DNA from: an uncultured Alphaproteobacteria bacterium
GTDB taxonomy: Bacteria; Pseudomonadota; Alphaproteobacteria; HIMB59; GCA-002718135
Direction: 5' to 3'
Length of the DNA: 64,000 nucleotides
NCBI GenBank assembly: GCA_902525035.1
Contig: CABZFN010000003.1
Location: 70,395-134,394 of the forward strand
Part shown: in pieces, positions 1 to 10,965 of the stretch
Layout of the letters: every line of letters starts with the position of its first letter
How positions within the stretch are numbered: position 1 is the first letter of the stretch
Made by a program: the position numbers and the translations under genes
The notes under the pieces: model-generated
Databases searched by the model: none
Told to the model about the DNA's origin: nothing
The model's input: the letters and a program-made list of their open reading frames with translations, nothing else

Positions 1-1
1 T

Positions 2-1240
2 CATGCATGGTGTTCTATGCATGAAAAATTCGGAAGAATTGATTTTAAAGAAGTTTTAAACGGTGCAGAAAACTTTGCTAGAAATGGATTTCCTATTCAT
101 GAAGTTGAAGCTATTGCATGGAAAGAGAATGAAACAAAACTTAAAAAAAATCCTAATTCTAAAAGATTATTTTTAAATAAAAATCTAAGTTATAGTTTTG
201 GTGAAGTATTTAAAAATATTCCTTTAGCAAATACTTTAAGAGTCATCTCAAAAAATAAAATTAAAGGTTTTTATCAAAGTGAAATAACTAAGGACATGGT
301 CAAGACACTAAACACACTTGGAGGATTACATACAGAAGAAGATTTCTATAATCAAAAAACATTGTTTTCAAAAACAATTACAAATTCATATAGAAATTTA
401 AAGATCCATCAATGCCCTCTGAATAGTCCTGGATTAGTAGTCTTGATGATGATGGCAATGACTGAGAAATTAAACATCAAAAAATATAATCCTTTAAGTT
501 TTGAAAGATATCATCTTCAAGCTGAAATTTCAAAAATATGTTTTGAAGTTAAGGAAACAATATTTGGTGATCCTAATTTTAACAATATAAATATTAAAGA
601 TTATTTAAGTAATGAATACATAAGCTCTTTATGTTCTAGAATTAGTAAAAATAAAATTTACTCTTCAAAAAACGGCTATGTAACTTCTCACCCTGAAACA
701 ATATATTTAAGTGTTGTAGATAGAGATTTGAATTCAGTATCATTTATTAATTCAATATGTCATAGTTTTGGAAGTGGAATTACGAGCAATAAAACAGGAA
801 TTCTTTTTCAAAATAGAGGCGTAAATTTCAGATTAGAAGATGATCACCCAAACTCAATTAATGGTCAAAAAAGACCACTTCATACAATAATCCCAGGTCT
901 AATAACTAATAAGTACGATGAGACCTTGTATTCTTATGGGGTAATGGGAGGGCAATATCAACCTATTGGTCAATCTCATTTGATTCAAAATATAATCGAC
1001 TACAATATGTCAGTACAAGAAGGTTTAGACTTACCTAGAGCATTTGCTCTTAATGGCATATTAAATGTTGAAAATTCATTAGATGATAAAATTGTAAAAA
1101 AATTAGGGAATATTGGTCATAAAATTAAAATAAATAAAAATGCTATTGGTGGTGGTCAATGTATAAAAATAGATAGAAAAAAAGGAGTATTTATTGGGGG
1201 ATCAGATCCACGAAAGGATGGTATGGCAATTGGTTACTAA
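2..1240 (+). CDS. ggt: gamma-glutamyltransferase family protein, 5'-truncated by the window edge
   Basis: The frame is open from base 2. The small-subunit junction reads SHPE-T-IYLSVVD, aligning with the GGT autoprocessing/nucleophile Thr context (..TTHFSVVD). The C-terminal GGQYQPIGQ and GGSDPRKDG motifs are typical of GGT. Confidence 0.85.
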   Translation, partial: HAWCSMHEKFGRIDFKEVLNGAENFARNGFPIHEVEAIAWKENETKLKKNPNSKRLFLNKNLSYSFGEVFKNIPLANTLRVISKNKIKGFYQSEITKDMVKTLNTLGGLHTEEDFYNQKTLFSKTITNSYRNLKIHQCPLNSPGLVVLMMMAMTEKLNIKKYNPLSFERYHLQAEISKICFEVKETIFGDPNFNNINIKDYLSNEYISSLCSRISKNKIYSSKNGYVTSHPETIYLSVVDRDLNSVSFINSICHSFGSGITSNKTGILFQNRGVNFRLEDDHPNSINGQKRPLHTIIPGLITNKYDETLYSYGVMGGQYQPIGQSHLIQNIIDYNMSVQEGLDLPRAFALNGILNVENSLDDKIVKKLGNIGHKIKINKNAIGGGQCIKIDRKKGVFIGGSDPRKDGMAIGY

Positions 1241-1241
1241 T

Positions 1242-2279
1242 CTATACTTTCCCAAAAGTGTCATTATACTGACTATTTACTCTTACAAATGTGGTACACT
1301 TGCTAAGCTGTTTTAATGATGAGGCTCCAACATATGTACAACTACTTCTTACTCCTCCTAGAATATCTCTGATTGTACTATCTAACGAATTCTTCATTTG
1401 TATTTTAACTTTTTTTCCTTCAGATGATCTATAATTTGCCAGACCGCCATAATGTTTCTCATTAGCTTCTTCAGAGCTCGATCCATAAAATTCAATATAT
1501 TTACTTCCTTTCTCTTCAATTATGTCACCTCCACCCTCTTTATGTCCTGCTAACATTCCACCAAGCATAACAAAATCTGCGCCAGCACCAAATCCCTTTG
1601 CAACATCTCCAGGACATGTACACCCACCGTCAGCAATAATATGTGCTCCTAATCCATGTGCTGCATCAGCACATTCCATTACTGCACTTAGTTGTGGATA
1701 CCCTACTCCTGTTTGTATTCTAGTGGTACAGACACTACCAGGACCTATACCAACTTTAACAATGTCCGCTCCACTTAATACTAATTCCTGAGTCATATCT
1801 GCAGTTACAACATTACCTGCAATAATAGTTTTCTTTGGATATTTTTTTCTTACTTCAGAAACAAAATTACTAAAGTTTTCTGAATATCCATTTGCTACAT
1901 CAATACAGATAAATTTAAATTTTGGATATTTTTTTAAAATTGAATTTAATCTATTATAACTGTCTTTACCTGTACCGCAACTAAGAGCAATTGAATCAAA
2001 GAAAATATTTTTTTTATAAATAGTTCCTATTTTATTAATATCATGCTGTTTTGTTAGAGCAGTCATTAGTTTGTGAGAAGTTAGTTTTTTTGCAACATCT
2101 ATTTCACCAACGCCATCCATATTAGAAGCAATTATTGGAATTCCTTTCCACGATGATCTTGAATGTTTGAAGGTATATTTTCTATTCAAATCAACATCTT
2201 TCCTACTTTTTAAAGTACTTCTCTTTGGTCTAAAAAGGACATCTGAGTAGTCAAGTTTAATTTCTTCTTCTATTCTCAT
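1242..2279 (-). CDS. guaC: GMP reductase
   Basis: 345 aa. N-terminus [32 protein letters not shown] barrel with a GPGSVCTTR active-site Cys loop and no CBS insert, and the length fits GuaC. Confidence 0.9.
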   Translation of the reverse strand: MRIEEEIKLDYSDVLFRPKRSTLKSRKDVDLNRKYTFKHSRSSWKGIPIIASNMDGVGEIDVAKKLTSHKLMTALTKQHDINKIGTIYKKNIFFDSIALSCGTGKDSYNRLNSILKKYPKFKFICIDVANGYSENFSNFVSEVRKKYPKKTIIAGNVVTADMTQELVLSGADIVKVGIGPGSVCTTRIQTGVGYPQLSAVMECADAAHGLGAHIIADGGCTCPGDVAKGFGAGADFVMLGGMLAGHKEGGGDIIEEKGSKYIEFYGSSSEEANEKHYGGLANYRSSEGKKVKIQMKNSLDSTIRDILGGVRSSCTYVGASSLKQLSKCTTFVRVNSQYNDTFGKV

Positions 2280-2332
2280 AAATACATTCGCATATTTGTA
2301 TTAAATAATTTAAAAATTAAAACAAATATAAA

Positions 2333-3223
2333 TTGTTATCTATGAACTTAAATACGTTAATAAATGTAAATAAAAGAAAGTTTGATATTAAATTTAAAAA
2401 ACTTTTAAAAAATAAACTAGAAAAATCTAGTTTATCAAATGCAATGTTTTATGGCTCTATGAATGGAGGAAAAAGAATAAGACCATTTTTGGTAATGGAG
2501 TCTGCAAAAATAGCAAAAATTTCATCAAATGATGCCTTTATCATAGCTTCATGTATTGAATGTATACATTCTTACTCTTTAATTCATGATGATTTGCCAT
2601 CAATGGATAATGATGATTATAGAAGGGGCAAATTAAGTACACATAAAAAATTTAATGAAGCAACTGCAATTTTAGCAGGAGATGCTTTACATGATTTAGC
2701 TTTTGAATTGATTTCAGGAAATCTTAAAAATAAAAATGATATTTCTAGATTAATTTTAATAAATTATCTTTCTTTGTGTATTGGACATAAAGGATTAGCT
2801 CTTGGACAAGCTTTAGATTTAGAATTTGAAAATAAAAAGTTATCTAAAATAAAAATTTTAGATATGTATTCAAGAAAAACTGGCAAGTTATTTGAATTTT
2901 CTTTTTCTGCACCTTTTATATTAAAAGATAAAAGTAAAAAAGATATTCAATTTGCCAAAGATTATGGAATGTTATTTGGTTTAATATTTCAAGTGATAGA
3001 TGACTTAATTGATGAAATTGGAACTTTTAAAAAAATTGGGAAAACACCAGGTAAAGATATTGCGCAAGGTAAAAGTACTTTGCTAGAATTGATTGGTGAA
3101 AAACAAGTTACTGATTTTTGTAAGAATGAGATTAATAATTTTACAAGAAAACATAAAAAAAAATTAAACCAAAATCCAATACTTATAAAATTGCTTGAAT
3201 TTGGAATGAAAAGAGTTCTTTAA
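2333..3223 (+). CDS. ispA: polyprenyl (farnesyl/geranylgeranyl) diphosphate synthase
   Basis: First Asp-rich motif LIHDDLPSMDNDDYRRGK and second motif FQVIDDLID. The track start is TTG at 2333; an ATG at 2342 is an equally plausible start. Confidence 0.85.
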   Translation: MLSMNLNTLINVNKRKFDIKFKKLLKNKLEKSSLSNAMFYGSMNGGKRIRPFLVMESAKIAKISSNDAFIIASCIECIHSYSLIHDDLPSMDNDDYRRGKLSTHKKFNEATAILAGDALHDLAFELISGNLKNKNDISRLILINYLSLCIGHKGLALGQALDLEFENKKLSKIKILDMYSRKTGKLFEFSFSAPFILKDKSKKDIQFAKDYGMLFGLIFQVIDDLIDEIGTFKKIGKTPGKDIAQGKSTLLELIGEKQVTDFCKNEINNFTRKHKKKLNQNPILIKLLEFGMKRVL

Positions 3224-3672
3224 TAATGAACAATTTTTTTTGCAATATATAGACCTGAGGTAGCTGAAAGAGCTGTTAGTGAGCCTCCCCAAAACATGTC
3301 CACAAAAGTGACAGTTGGTGACCAACCTTTTACAACAGCCATATTTGTCAAGTTATACGTTCCGTATGCTACTAAGCCAAATATAAAACCCGTATAAACT
3401 GTTTTAAATATACTTTCAGAGTCCATACATGGCTGAATGACCACTAAAGCCATACCAAATACGTATAATATGTAAAAAAGAGCGGCTGCCCAAAGAACAG
3501 GTTTATCAGCGGGGCCAATAATCAATTCGCCGAGTAAGGGTCTATAAAAGGATTTTGTTGCGAAACTAAGCCATATTACATCAATGATCAAAAAGATTAT
3601 TGAGGCTAAAAGAGTAGCAACAAGAAAGCATTTAATCATAATATTTAGATATATCATATTATTTAATTTCAA
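3220..3672 (-). CDS. DUF2177 family integral membrane protein
   Basis: 150 aa with 4 predicted TM segments. Conserved stretch LVAYGTYNLTNMAVVKGWSPTVTFVDMFWGGSLTA matches my recollection of DUF2177. Confidence 0.7.
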   Translation of the reverse strand: MKLNNMIYLNIMIKCFLVATLLASIIFLIIDVIWLSFATKSFYRPLLGELIIGPADKPVLWAAALFYILYVFGMALVVIQPCMDSESIFKTVYTGFIFGLVAYGTYNLTNMAVVKGWSPTVTFVDMFWGGSLTALSATSGLYIAKKIVHY

Positions 3673-3693
3673 GAATATTTATATAAATATCTA

Positions 3694-3768
3694 TGGTGGG
3701 TGTGACAGGGATTGAACCTGTGACCCCTGCCGTGTCGAGGCAGTGCTCTACCGCTGAGCTACACACCC
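3694..3768 (-). tRNA. tRNA-Val (anticodon GAC), CCA encoded
   Basis: I folded the reverse complement by hand: GGGTGTG TA GCTC AGCGGTA GAGC A CTGCC TCGACAC GGCAG GGGTC ACAGG TTCAATC CCTGT CACACCC ACCA. It gives a perfect cloverleaf of 75 nt with discriminator A73. The anticodon loop is U-C-G-A-C-A-C. Confidence 0.9.
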
Positions 3769-3989
3769 AAGTAATTTTATTTTTAAAATAAACTAATTTG
3801 AAATATAATGACTTTTAAAGCTAAAGCAATAAATGAAAGCTTGTATGATATTTTTAAATTTTACTTAATTTAACCTTTTTTGATCATTAATTAAGTAAAT
3901 AAATTATAAACATATTGATCAATTTTTTATTAAATAATATTTAGAGTTTAGAATTATCCATACGATTGAATATTGACATTAGGAGATAA

Positions 3990-4490
3990 ATGAAGGTAAA
4001 AAAAAATAATTTTACAGAAAATGAAATCTCTAAAGCTCTAAAAATTTATAATTATTTTATTGAAAATTCATTCTCTAATTTTGAAGAAAAAAAATTATCT
4101 AAAATAACATTTAATTTATTATTAAAAAAAATTAAAAAAAATAAGTTACCATTTATTTTAGCAATTGAAGAACATAAAGTTATTGGATTGGCCTTTGTAA
4201 ATAAATTTAGAGAAAAAAGTGGATATAGATTTTCATATGAACATTCAATCTATGTAGATCCAGATTACATTAATAATGGTTATGGTAATAAAATATTAAA
4301 GGAACTTATTAAAATATGTAAAAAAATTACAAAGATTAAAAATTTAATAGCAGTGATTGGTGGAAAAAATAATTTTGCTTCTATAAAAATACATAAAAAT
4401 AATGGATTTCAATATATTGGCACTATAAAAAAAGCTGGTTTTAAAAACAATAAGTGGGTTGATTCGATTTATATGCAAAAAAGATTATGA
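3990..4490 (+). CDS. GNAT family N-acetyltransferase (phosphinothricin/methionine-sulfoximine acetyltransferase-like)
   Basis: 166 aa. Acetyl-CoA binding core GYGNKILKELI, followed by SIKIHKNNGFQYIGTIKKAGFKNNKWVDSIYMQK, which resembles the PAT subfamily C-terminus. Confidence 0.75.
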   Translation: MKVKKNNFTENEISKALKIYNYFIENSFSNFEEKKLSKITFNLLLKKIKKNKLPFILAIEEHKVIGLAFVNKFREKSGYRFSYEHSIYVDPDYINNGYGNKILKELIKICKKITKIKNLIAVIGGKNNFASIKIHKNNGFQYIGTIKKAGFKNNKWVDSIYMQKRL

Positions 4491-4951
4491 ACAAAGTAAA
4501 CACAAAGAATTTTAAAAAAACACTTAGTAAGTTTTCGACAGGAATTACTGTTGTATGTGTTAAAGATAATAATTCAATATATGGTAAAACTGTTAATTCA
4601 TTTAATTCTTTATCTCTTAATCCTCCCATGGTTCTGTTTTCTTTAGGTAATTACTCGTCTTCAATAAAACAGTTTTCAAAAACTAAATTTTTATCAATAA
4701 ACATTTTATCTAGTAAACAAAAAAAATTATCTGATAATTTTGCCTCAAGTATGCCTAAATTTGAAAATATAAAATTTATTGAAGGGAAAAATAAAACAGT
4801 AATTATACCCAATTGCATAGCAAATCTTGAATGTGAGCTAACGGATAAAATCAAAAAAGGTGATCACATAATATTTATATGTAAAATATTAGAGCTACAA
4901 TCTAACGATAAATTGAAACCACTTTTATATTTTAATTCAAAATATTTCTAG
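4487..4951 (+). CDS. flavin reductase-like (FMN-binding split-barrel) protein
   Basis: 154 aa. FSTGITVV...NSFNSLSLNPPMVLFSL pattern of the flavin reductase domain. ATGA overlap with the upstream GNAT gene. Confidence 0.7.
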   Translation: MNKVNTKNFKKTLSKFSTGITVVCVKDNNSIYGKTVNSFNSLSLNPPMVLFSLGNYSSSIKQFSKTKFLSINILSSKQKKLSDNFASSMPKFENIKFIEGKNKTVIIPNCIANLECELTDKIKKGDHIIFICKILELQSNDKLKPLLYFNSKYF

Positions 4952-6244
4952 GTGCTTAGAATTTTAAGATATCTAATTTTAATTTTTTTAATATCATCAG
5001 GATATTATTTGTTTATTTCTGAATACTTTGAAATATCAGAGAAAAATATTGTTGAGAAAGAAATTATAAAAAAAGAAATATTAGAAGATAAAAAAGAAAT
5101 TATTAAAGAAAAAAAAGAAGAAATAGCTTCGCCTAATATAAAAAAAAGTATTGATAAGGGACAATTTGTTGAAAAAAAAATTGAGATTTTACAAGGTGAT
5201 ACTTTTGTCTCTATTTTGGAAAATCTAAACTTTGAACAGAAAAAAATTTATGAAATTATAAGTAAGATAGAAGATTCTTTTGATTTAAAGAAAATCAAAA
5301 GTGGTGAAATCATAAGTATATTTGAAAATAATCTTGGTGAAATAAAAAAAATTGAATTTTTTAAAAACAATGAGACAATTATTTCTGTTAATTTAGATAA
5401 AGAAATAAATTTAAATATAAGAGAATTAACTAAGAATTCATTTTTAGAATCAAGAGAATATACAATTACTGAATCATTATTTACAGATGGTATTAAAAAT
5501 GGTGTGTCATCAGATATTCTAGTAAAAATTATACGCCTTTTTAGTTTTGATCTGGATTTTCAAAGAGATATTAGAGTCGATACAGTTGTTTCAATATCCT
5601 ATGAATTTGACGAAATAGTTGAAACTGGTAGACTAGAATATAACGATATAAAATATGCATCAATAATAATTGAAGGAAAAGAGTTAGAATATTTTAAATT
5701 TATAACAGATGATGGTTATGTTGATTATTTTAACAGAGAGGGAAAAAATGTTAAAAAATCAATTTTAAAAACACCTTTAGATGGTGCAAGAATTTCTTCA
5801 AATTTTGGTATGCGTAAACATCCTATCTTAGGTTTCAATAAAATGCATAAAGGTGTTGATTTTGCTGCGCCTACTGGAACACCAATTTATGCTGGAGGAA
5901 ATGGAATTGTTGAATATGTTGGAACGAATGGAGGATATGGAAAATATATTCGTATAAGGCATAATAATGGATATAAAACGGCTTATGCACATTTGTCAAA
6001 TTATAAGAAAGGTATTTCTAAAGGGATAAGAGTTAACCAAGGTGAAGTTATAGGCTATGTAGGTAGTACAGGAAATTCTACAGGGCCTCACCTTCATTAT
6101 GAAATTATTTATAAAAATAAACACATAAATCCGTTAAAACTAAAACTTCCTTCTGGAAGAATACTTGAGGGTAAGGAATTAGAAAAATTTAAAGTGGAAT
6201 ACAAAATAATTTATGCTGATCATTTGAGCATGTTATACGAATGA
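4952..6244 (+). CDS. M23 family peptidoglycan DD-metalloendopeptidase, membrane anchored
   Basis: N-terminal TM helix. C-terminal HKGVDFAAPTGTPIYA ... GSTGNSTGPHLHYE (HxxxD and HxH M23 motifs). GTG start. Confidence 0.85.
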   Translation: MLRILRYLILIFLISSGYYLFISEYFEISEKNIVEKEIIKKEILEDKKEIIKEKKEEIASPNIKKSIDKGQFVEKKIEILQGDTFVSILENLNFEQKKIYEIISKIEDSFDLKKIKSGEIISIFENNLGEIKKIEFFKNNETIISVNLDKEINLNIRELTKNSFLESREYTITESLFTDGIKNGVSSDILVKIIRLFSFDLDFQRDIRVDTVVSISYEFDEIVETGRLEYNDIKYASIIIEGKELEYFKFITDDGYVDYFNREGKNVKKSILKTPLDGARISSNFGMRKHPILGFNKMHKGVDFAAPTGTPIYAGGNGIVEYVGTNGGYGKYIRIRHNNGYKTAYAHLSNYKKGISKGIRVNQGEVIGYVGSTGNSTGPHLHYEIIYKNKHINPLKLKLPSGRILEGKELEKFKVEYKIIYADHLSMLYE

Positions 6245-6249
6245 TTAAT

Positions 6250-6657
6250 TTATTTATTGTGTTTTTTTTCTTTAGATGGTTCAGCTATAAATGGAATAGA
6301 TTCGATAGAATCATCTTCTACTTTTTCATTATCATTTACTTCGATAGTTTGATTATCAGTATCTGAAGTTTGTTCGTTTGAAGTACTTTGTTTTTGCTCA
6401 TCAAAATTTGTGTTTTCTTCAATATTAATGCCTAGCTCAACCATTATTCTGTAAAAGTGATCAGTAAATTGATAAAAGTATTCAGATTGAATTCTATCAC
6501 CTGATCTTGATGCTTCTTTAGCTAGTTTTAAGTACTTGTTATATTGCTGGGATACATTTCCTCTATTTCTATTATTGAAATTTTTATATCCACCGGGTTT
6601 TTTAAAACTGGTTCTTCTATTACTCTTATAAGCGGTTCTGCCGTTTTTTTTATACAT
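6250..6657 (-). CDS. DUF4167 domain protein
   Basis: 135 aa. Basic N-terminus, then QQYNKYLKLAKEASRSGDRIQSEYFYQFTDHFYRIM (the conserved DUF4167 core as I recall it) and an acidic tail. Confidence 0.7.
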   Translation of the reverse strand: MYKKNGRTAYKSNRRTSFKKPGGYKNFNNRNRGNVSQQYNKYLKLAKEASRSGDRIQSEYFYQFTDHFYRIMVELGINIEENTNFDEQKQSTSNEQTSDTDNQTIEVNDNEKVEDDSIESIPFIAEPSKEKKHNK

Positions 6658-6734
6658 ATTGTTTGGAAATTAAAAATTTTAATAAATTATTAATCTTTTT
6701 TAATAACTATACAGTTCATTTGATTTATTTCAAC

Positions 6735-7565
6735 TTATATCTTTGAAAAACTAAGGATTCTTTCGATTCCTTGAAGATCATTAACTATTTTATTTAAATA
6801 AAATCCAGCATTTTCAAATATTTCTTCACAAACTTGTCTCTGATTAATACCAATTTCACATATAAAATAAGCACTTTTATTCATTAAATTTTTTAGATTA
6901 TTTGAATATTCTCTGTAAAATTTCAACCCATCATCTCCTCCAACTAAAGCTAATTTAGGCTCAAAATTTTTAACTTCTGGATCTGAATTAATAAACTGTT
7001 CGTTTGTTAGGTATGGTGGATTAGATACAATCAAATCAAACTTGGAATTAATATTTTTAAAATCAATCATCTTAAGTTGAATTTGATTATAACAATTATG
7101 AATTTTTAAGTTTTTTTCTGCAACTTCTAATGCTTCTTTAGATATATCTATAGCCGTAATAGAAGCATTTTTAAATTCCTTTGCTAATGATATAGCTATG
7201 CAGCCTGATCCAGTACCAATATCTAATATTTTTAATTTAAGGTTTTTGTTTCTATAAATATTTAATGCTTCCTCAATTATTAATTCTGTTTCAGGACGTG
7301 GATCTAACACAAAATTATTTACATAAAAATCATTTTTCCAAAAAGATTTATTTTTAATAATTTTAGCTATTGGTTGTCTATTAATTCTTTTTTGAAGATA
7401 GGATTTAAATTTAACTATATCAATGTTGTCTACATTAAAATTACTTAAAATAATTTCATTATTTTTTTTTGAAGCGTGCTTTAGTAAAATTCTTAGGTCT
7501 AGTTCTGGATTACTTATATTTTGTTGTTTTAATTTAGTTAAACTCTCTTTAATTAAATTATTCAT
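6735..7565 (-). CDS. prmC: peptide chain release factor N5-glutamine methyltransferase
   Basis: SAM motif [12 protein letters not shown] and catalytic NPPY. Lies immediately downstream of prfA with an 8-nt overlap. Confidence 0.9.
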   Translation of the reverse strand: MNNLIKESLTKLKQQNISNPELDLRILLKHASKKNNEIILSNFNVDNIDIVKFKSYLQKRINRQPIAKIIKNKSFWKNDFYVNNFVLDPRPETELIIEEALNIYRNKNLKLKILDIGTGSGCIAISLAKEFKNASITAIDISKEALEVAEKNLKIHNCYNQIQLKMIDFKNINSKFDLIVSNPPYLTNEQFINSDPEVKNFEPKLALVGGDDGLKFYREYSNNLKNLMNKSAYFICEIGINQRQVCEEIFENAGFYLNKIVNDLQGIERILSFSKI

Positions 7566-8634
7566 TTTTTATATTTGCTAGCTTTGTACTTTCTTCTGCA
7601 GCAATTAAAGGATTTATTAACTCATCTATTTTACCCTCAAGTATTTCTGACAGGTTATATAATGTAAGATTTATTCTATGATCAGAAACTCTTCCTTGAG
7701 GAAAATTATAGGTTCTTATTCTTTCAGATCTATCTCCAGAACCTACTTGATTTTTTCTTTGCTCAGATCTTTCTTTATTTTTTTCTTGTATTTGATTGTC
7801 TAATAATCTTGATCGTAAAATCTTCAAAGCTTTTGCTTTATTTTTATGTTGAGATTTTTCATCTTGTTGAGAAACTACTATACCAGTAGGAATGTGTGTT
7901 ATTCTTACTGCACTATCAGTAGTGTTGACAGATTGTCCTCCTGGTCCACTTGATCTAAAAACATCAATTCTTAGATCTTTATCAAGAACTTCAATATCAA
8001 CTTCTTCAGCTTCAGGTAGAACTGCTACAGTAGCAGCTGATGTATGCACTCTTCCACTACTTTCAGTAGTTGGAATCCTTTGCACTCTATGAACACCAGA
8101 TTCGAATTTTAGTTTCGAAAAAACATTTATCCCTGAAATATTACAAATAGCCTCCTTCACTCCTTTAAGACCTGTTTCTGATATTGATAGAATATCAAAT
8201 TTCCATGAATTTAAATCGGCATATCTCTGATACATATTTAATAAATCAGAAGCAAAAAGGGATGCTTCATCACCTCCAGTACCAGCTCTGATTTCTAAAA
8301 TTGAATTTTTAGAGTCATTTTCGTCTTTTGGTATAAGTAACTTTAATAATTCCTGTTCAAGATCTTTGAGTTGATTTTTTTTTTCAATGAGTTCTGATTC
8401 AGCTATTTTACTAATTTCTAAATCATTATCTTTTACTAAATGATTAAGATTTAATATATCTTTTTGTAAATTATTGTATTCTTGAATTTTTTCTACGATT
8501 GGTCGGAGTTCTGAATATTCTCTATTTAATTTAATTAATCCATTTGAGTCAATATCGTTCATATTATTTAATAAATTTTCAATTAATTTAAATTTTTCTA
8601 AAATTATTGAAAATTGTTTATCTAGATTTATCAT
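7558..8634 (-). CDS. prfA: peptide chain release factor 1
   Basis: 358 aa. [11 protein letters not shown] (GGQ) motif and a PxT-type tripeptide region (RIPTTES). Confidence 0.95.
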   Translation of the reverse strand: MINLDKQFSIILEKFKLIENLLNNMNDIDSNGLIKLNREYSELRPIVEKIQEYNNLQKDILNLNHLVKDNDLEISKIAESELIEKKNQLKDLEQELLKLLIPKDENDSKNSILEIRAGTGGDEASLFASDLLNMYQRYADLNSWKFDILSISETGLKGVKEAICNISGINVFSKLKFESGVHRVQRIPTTESSGRVHTSAATVAVLPEAEEVDIEVLDKDLRIDVFRSSGPGGQSVNTTDSAVRITHIPTGIVVSQQDEKSQHKNKAKALKILRSRLLDNQIQEKNKERSEQRKNQVGSGDRSERIRTYNFPQGRVSDHRINLTLYNLSEILEGKIDELINPLIAAEESTKLANIKNE

Positions 8635-9862
8635 TCAAATGATTAAGTATTTGATTAAGTTTTAATTCTTTTTGTTCTCCAGTCATTAAATTTTTAATAG
8701 TAAAAAAATCACCATTGAACTCATTTTCTCCAATAATAATTAAATATGATGCTGAAGATGTATTTGCTTTTGTAAATGATTTTTTTAAATTGTATTTATA
8801 ATTCCAGTAATATGAAATTCTATTTTCAAATAAATATTTTTGTAGATAAAGAAAATAATCTGTAAATTTTTCATTTGTTACTGCAATATGAATAGTTGAG
8901 TTTATTTTTTTTTCGGACTCCATTAATAATGCAATTCTTTCAATACCTGCGGCCCATCCAATACCAGGTATATCAGGCCCGCCTAATACTTTTATTAAAC
9001 CATCATATCTTCCACCACCTAGTAATGTATTTTGACTTCCTAAATTATCTGATTTGTATTCAAAAACTGTATTACAATAATAATCAAGACCTCTAACGAG
9101 ATTAGCATTTTCTTCAAAATCAATTTCTAGTATATTTAATGATCTTTTTAGATCTTCGTAGTGCTTTTTAGCTTCATCAATTAAGTATTCATATATTTTT
9201 GGTGCAGAAAGTGAAATTTCAACATCTTCCTCATTTTTTGAATCTAATATTCTTAATGGGTTTGTTTCAATTTTTTTAATGCTCTCTTCTGATAGTTTTT
9301 TTTTATGGGTATTAAAATATTTTGTAAGACTTTTTTTAAAATCAATTAACGTTTTTTTATCTCCTAAAGAATTAATATGAAGTTTTATTTTAGATTTAGG
9401 TAAAAGTTCGTTTAGAATATTATTTGACAGTGAAATTAACTCAACATCAGCAAGAAAATCTTTTGTTCCAAGTATTTCAAAATTAATTTGATTAAATTGT
9501 CTATATCTACCTTTTTGTGGCCTTTCCCTTCTAAACATTGGCCCAATTCCAAAAATTTTTAATGGAAGATCGTTTAAGAGATTATTAGTAATAGCCGCTC
9601 TAATCATAGGCGTTGTGTACTCAGGTCGTAATGTTAAATATTCATTATTTCTGTCTTCAAATGAATACATTTCTTTCAAGACAACATCAGAATGTTCACC
9701 AAGAGGTTTTGCAAATAAATCACTAAATTCAAAAATTGGTGTCTGGATTTCTTTATATTCTTTAAAAGTAGCGTTTTTAGAAACAATATTAGAAATAAAG
9801 TTAAATTTATCTATTTCTTCTCCAAATATATCATGTGTGCCTCTTACCGATCTTAATTTCAT
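8618..9862 (-). CDS. hisS: histidine--tRNA ligase
   Basis: 414 aa. Class II motifs: [48 protein letters not shown]. Confidence 0.9.
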   Translation of the reverse strand: MKLRSVRGTHDIFGEEIDKFNFISNIVSKNATFKEYKEIQTPIFEFSDLFAKPLGEHSDVVLKEMYSFEDRNNEYLTLRPEYTTPMIRAAITNNLLNDLPLKIFGIGPMFRRERPQKGRYRQFNQINFEILGTKDFLADVELISLSNNILNELLPKSKIKLHINSLGDKKTLIDFKKSLTKYFNTHKKKLSEESIKKIETNPLRILDSKNEEDVEISLSAPKIYEYLIDEAKKHYEDLKRSLNILEIDFEENANLVRGLDYYCNTVFEYKSDNLGSQNTLLGGGRYDGLIKVLGGPDIPGIGWAAGIERIALLMESEKKINSTIHIAVTNEKFTDYFLYLQKYLFENRISYYWNYKYNLKKSFTKANTSSASYLIIIGENEFNGDFFTIKNLMTGEQKELKLNQILNHLNDKSR

Positions 9863-9863
9863 A

Positions 9864-10961
9864 TTAATTACTAAGTTCTATTTCTTTAGTTTTTTTTCTA
9901 ATTAGATCTTCAAGATAATTTTCTAAATCAACATTTTTTACAACATTATTTTTTTTACCATCAAGATAAATCATATGTGTATCATTTCCACCACCAGTTA
10001 TTCCAATATTGGTCATAGTTGCTTCACCTGGACCATTAACAACACATCCAATTATTGACACTGTTATAGGTGTGGAAATATCATCTAATTTTTTTTCTAA
10101 GTTTTTTACAGTTTTTATTACTTCAAATTGTTGTCTAGCACATGAAGGGCATGATATAATTTTCACACCTCTATTCCTTAATCCTAAGCTTTTTAAGATT
10201 TCAAAACCAACTCTTACCTCTTCCTCTGGCTCATCTGATAATGATATTCTAATTGTATCACCTATTCCTCTCAAAAGTAAATTTCCAACTCCAATTGAAG
10301 ATTTAATTGAACCTGTTCTTTTTCCTCCTGCCTCTGTAATACCTAAATGCAATGGATAATCACATAATTCAGCTAATTGCTCATACGCTTTTATAGACAT
10401 AAATATATCTGAAGATTTCACACTGATTTTAAAATTAGTGAAATCATTATCTTCAAGTATCTTTATATTTAATTTAGCACTTTCAACTAAGGCTTCTGGA
10501 TTAGGTTCAGAAAATTTTTCTAAAATTTGTTTTTCTAAACTTCCTGCATTAACACCTACTCTAATTGAACAATTATTATCTTTTGCAGCTTTGATAACTT
10601 CTTTTATTCTTTCAATACTCCCAATGTTACCAGGATTAATTCTAATGCAAGAAGCACCATTGTTTGCTGCTTCAATACCTCTTTTGTAATGAAAATGTAT
10701 GTCAGCAATTATAGGCACAGGGCTATGTTTCACAATTTCTTTTAAAGAATCAGAAGATTCTTTATCTGGAACAGAAACGCGAACTAGATCAACTCCAAGT
10801 TTTGCAGATCTTTCTATTTGAGCAATAGTATCTTTGGCATTGGAAGTCAGAGTATTTGTCATTGTTTGGACTGCAATTTGATTATTACCACCAATACTTA
10901 CATTTCCAACTTTAATAACGCGCGTCTTTCTTCTATTAATTTGTTGATACGGTCTTAGCAT
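9864..10961 (-). CDS. ispG: 4-hydroxy-3-methylbut-2-en-1-yl diphosphate synthase (flavodoxin)
   Basis: 365 aa. [14 protein letters not shown] and ISCPSCARQ ... [10 protein letters not shown] Fe-S cysteine motifs. Confidence 0.95.
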   Translation of the reverse strand: MLRPYQQINRRKTRVIKVGNVSIGGNNQIAVQTMTNTLTSNAKDTIAQIERSAKLGVDLVRVSVPDKESSDSLKEIVKHSPVPIIADIHFHYKRGIEAANNGASCIRINPGNIGSIERIKEVIKAAKDNNCSIRVGVNAGSLEKQILEKFSEPNPEALVESAKLNIKILEDNDFTNFKISVKSSDIFMSIKAYEQLAELCDYPLHLGITEAGGKRTGSIKSSIGVGNLLLRGIGDTIRISLSDEPEEEVRVGFEILKSLGLRNRGVKIISCPSCARQQFEVIKTVKNLEKKLDDISTPITVSIIGCVVNGPGEATMTNIGITGGGNDTHMIYLDGKKNNVVKNVDLENYLEDLIRKKTKEIELSN

Positions 10962-10965
10962 TTAT

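Noticed and set aside
1522-1791. 89-aa Pro/Ala-rich ORF on the plus strand
   Set aside because: It lies entirely antisense to the conserved Gly-rich core of guaC. Its composition mirrors the GGxG-coding codons on the other strand, and it has no independent support.
3808-3873. 21-codon ATG ORF (MTFKAKAINESLYDIFKFYLI) in the tRNA-flank spacer
   Set aside because: It is too short, has no RBS-like sequence and no coupling to a neighbour. ORFs of this size are expected by chance in 221 bp.
3860-3899. 11-bp inverted repeat TTTACTTAATT / AATTAAGTAAA with an 18-nt loop
   Set aside because: The stem has only one G/C pair per arm and would be very weak. It lies upstream of both flanking genes rather than at a 3' end, and repeats like this are expected by chance at this AT content.
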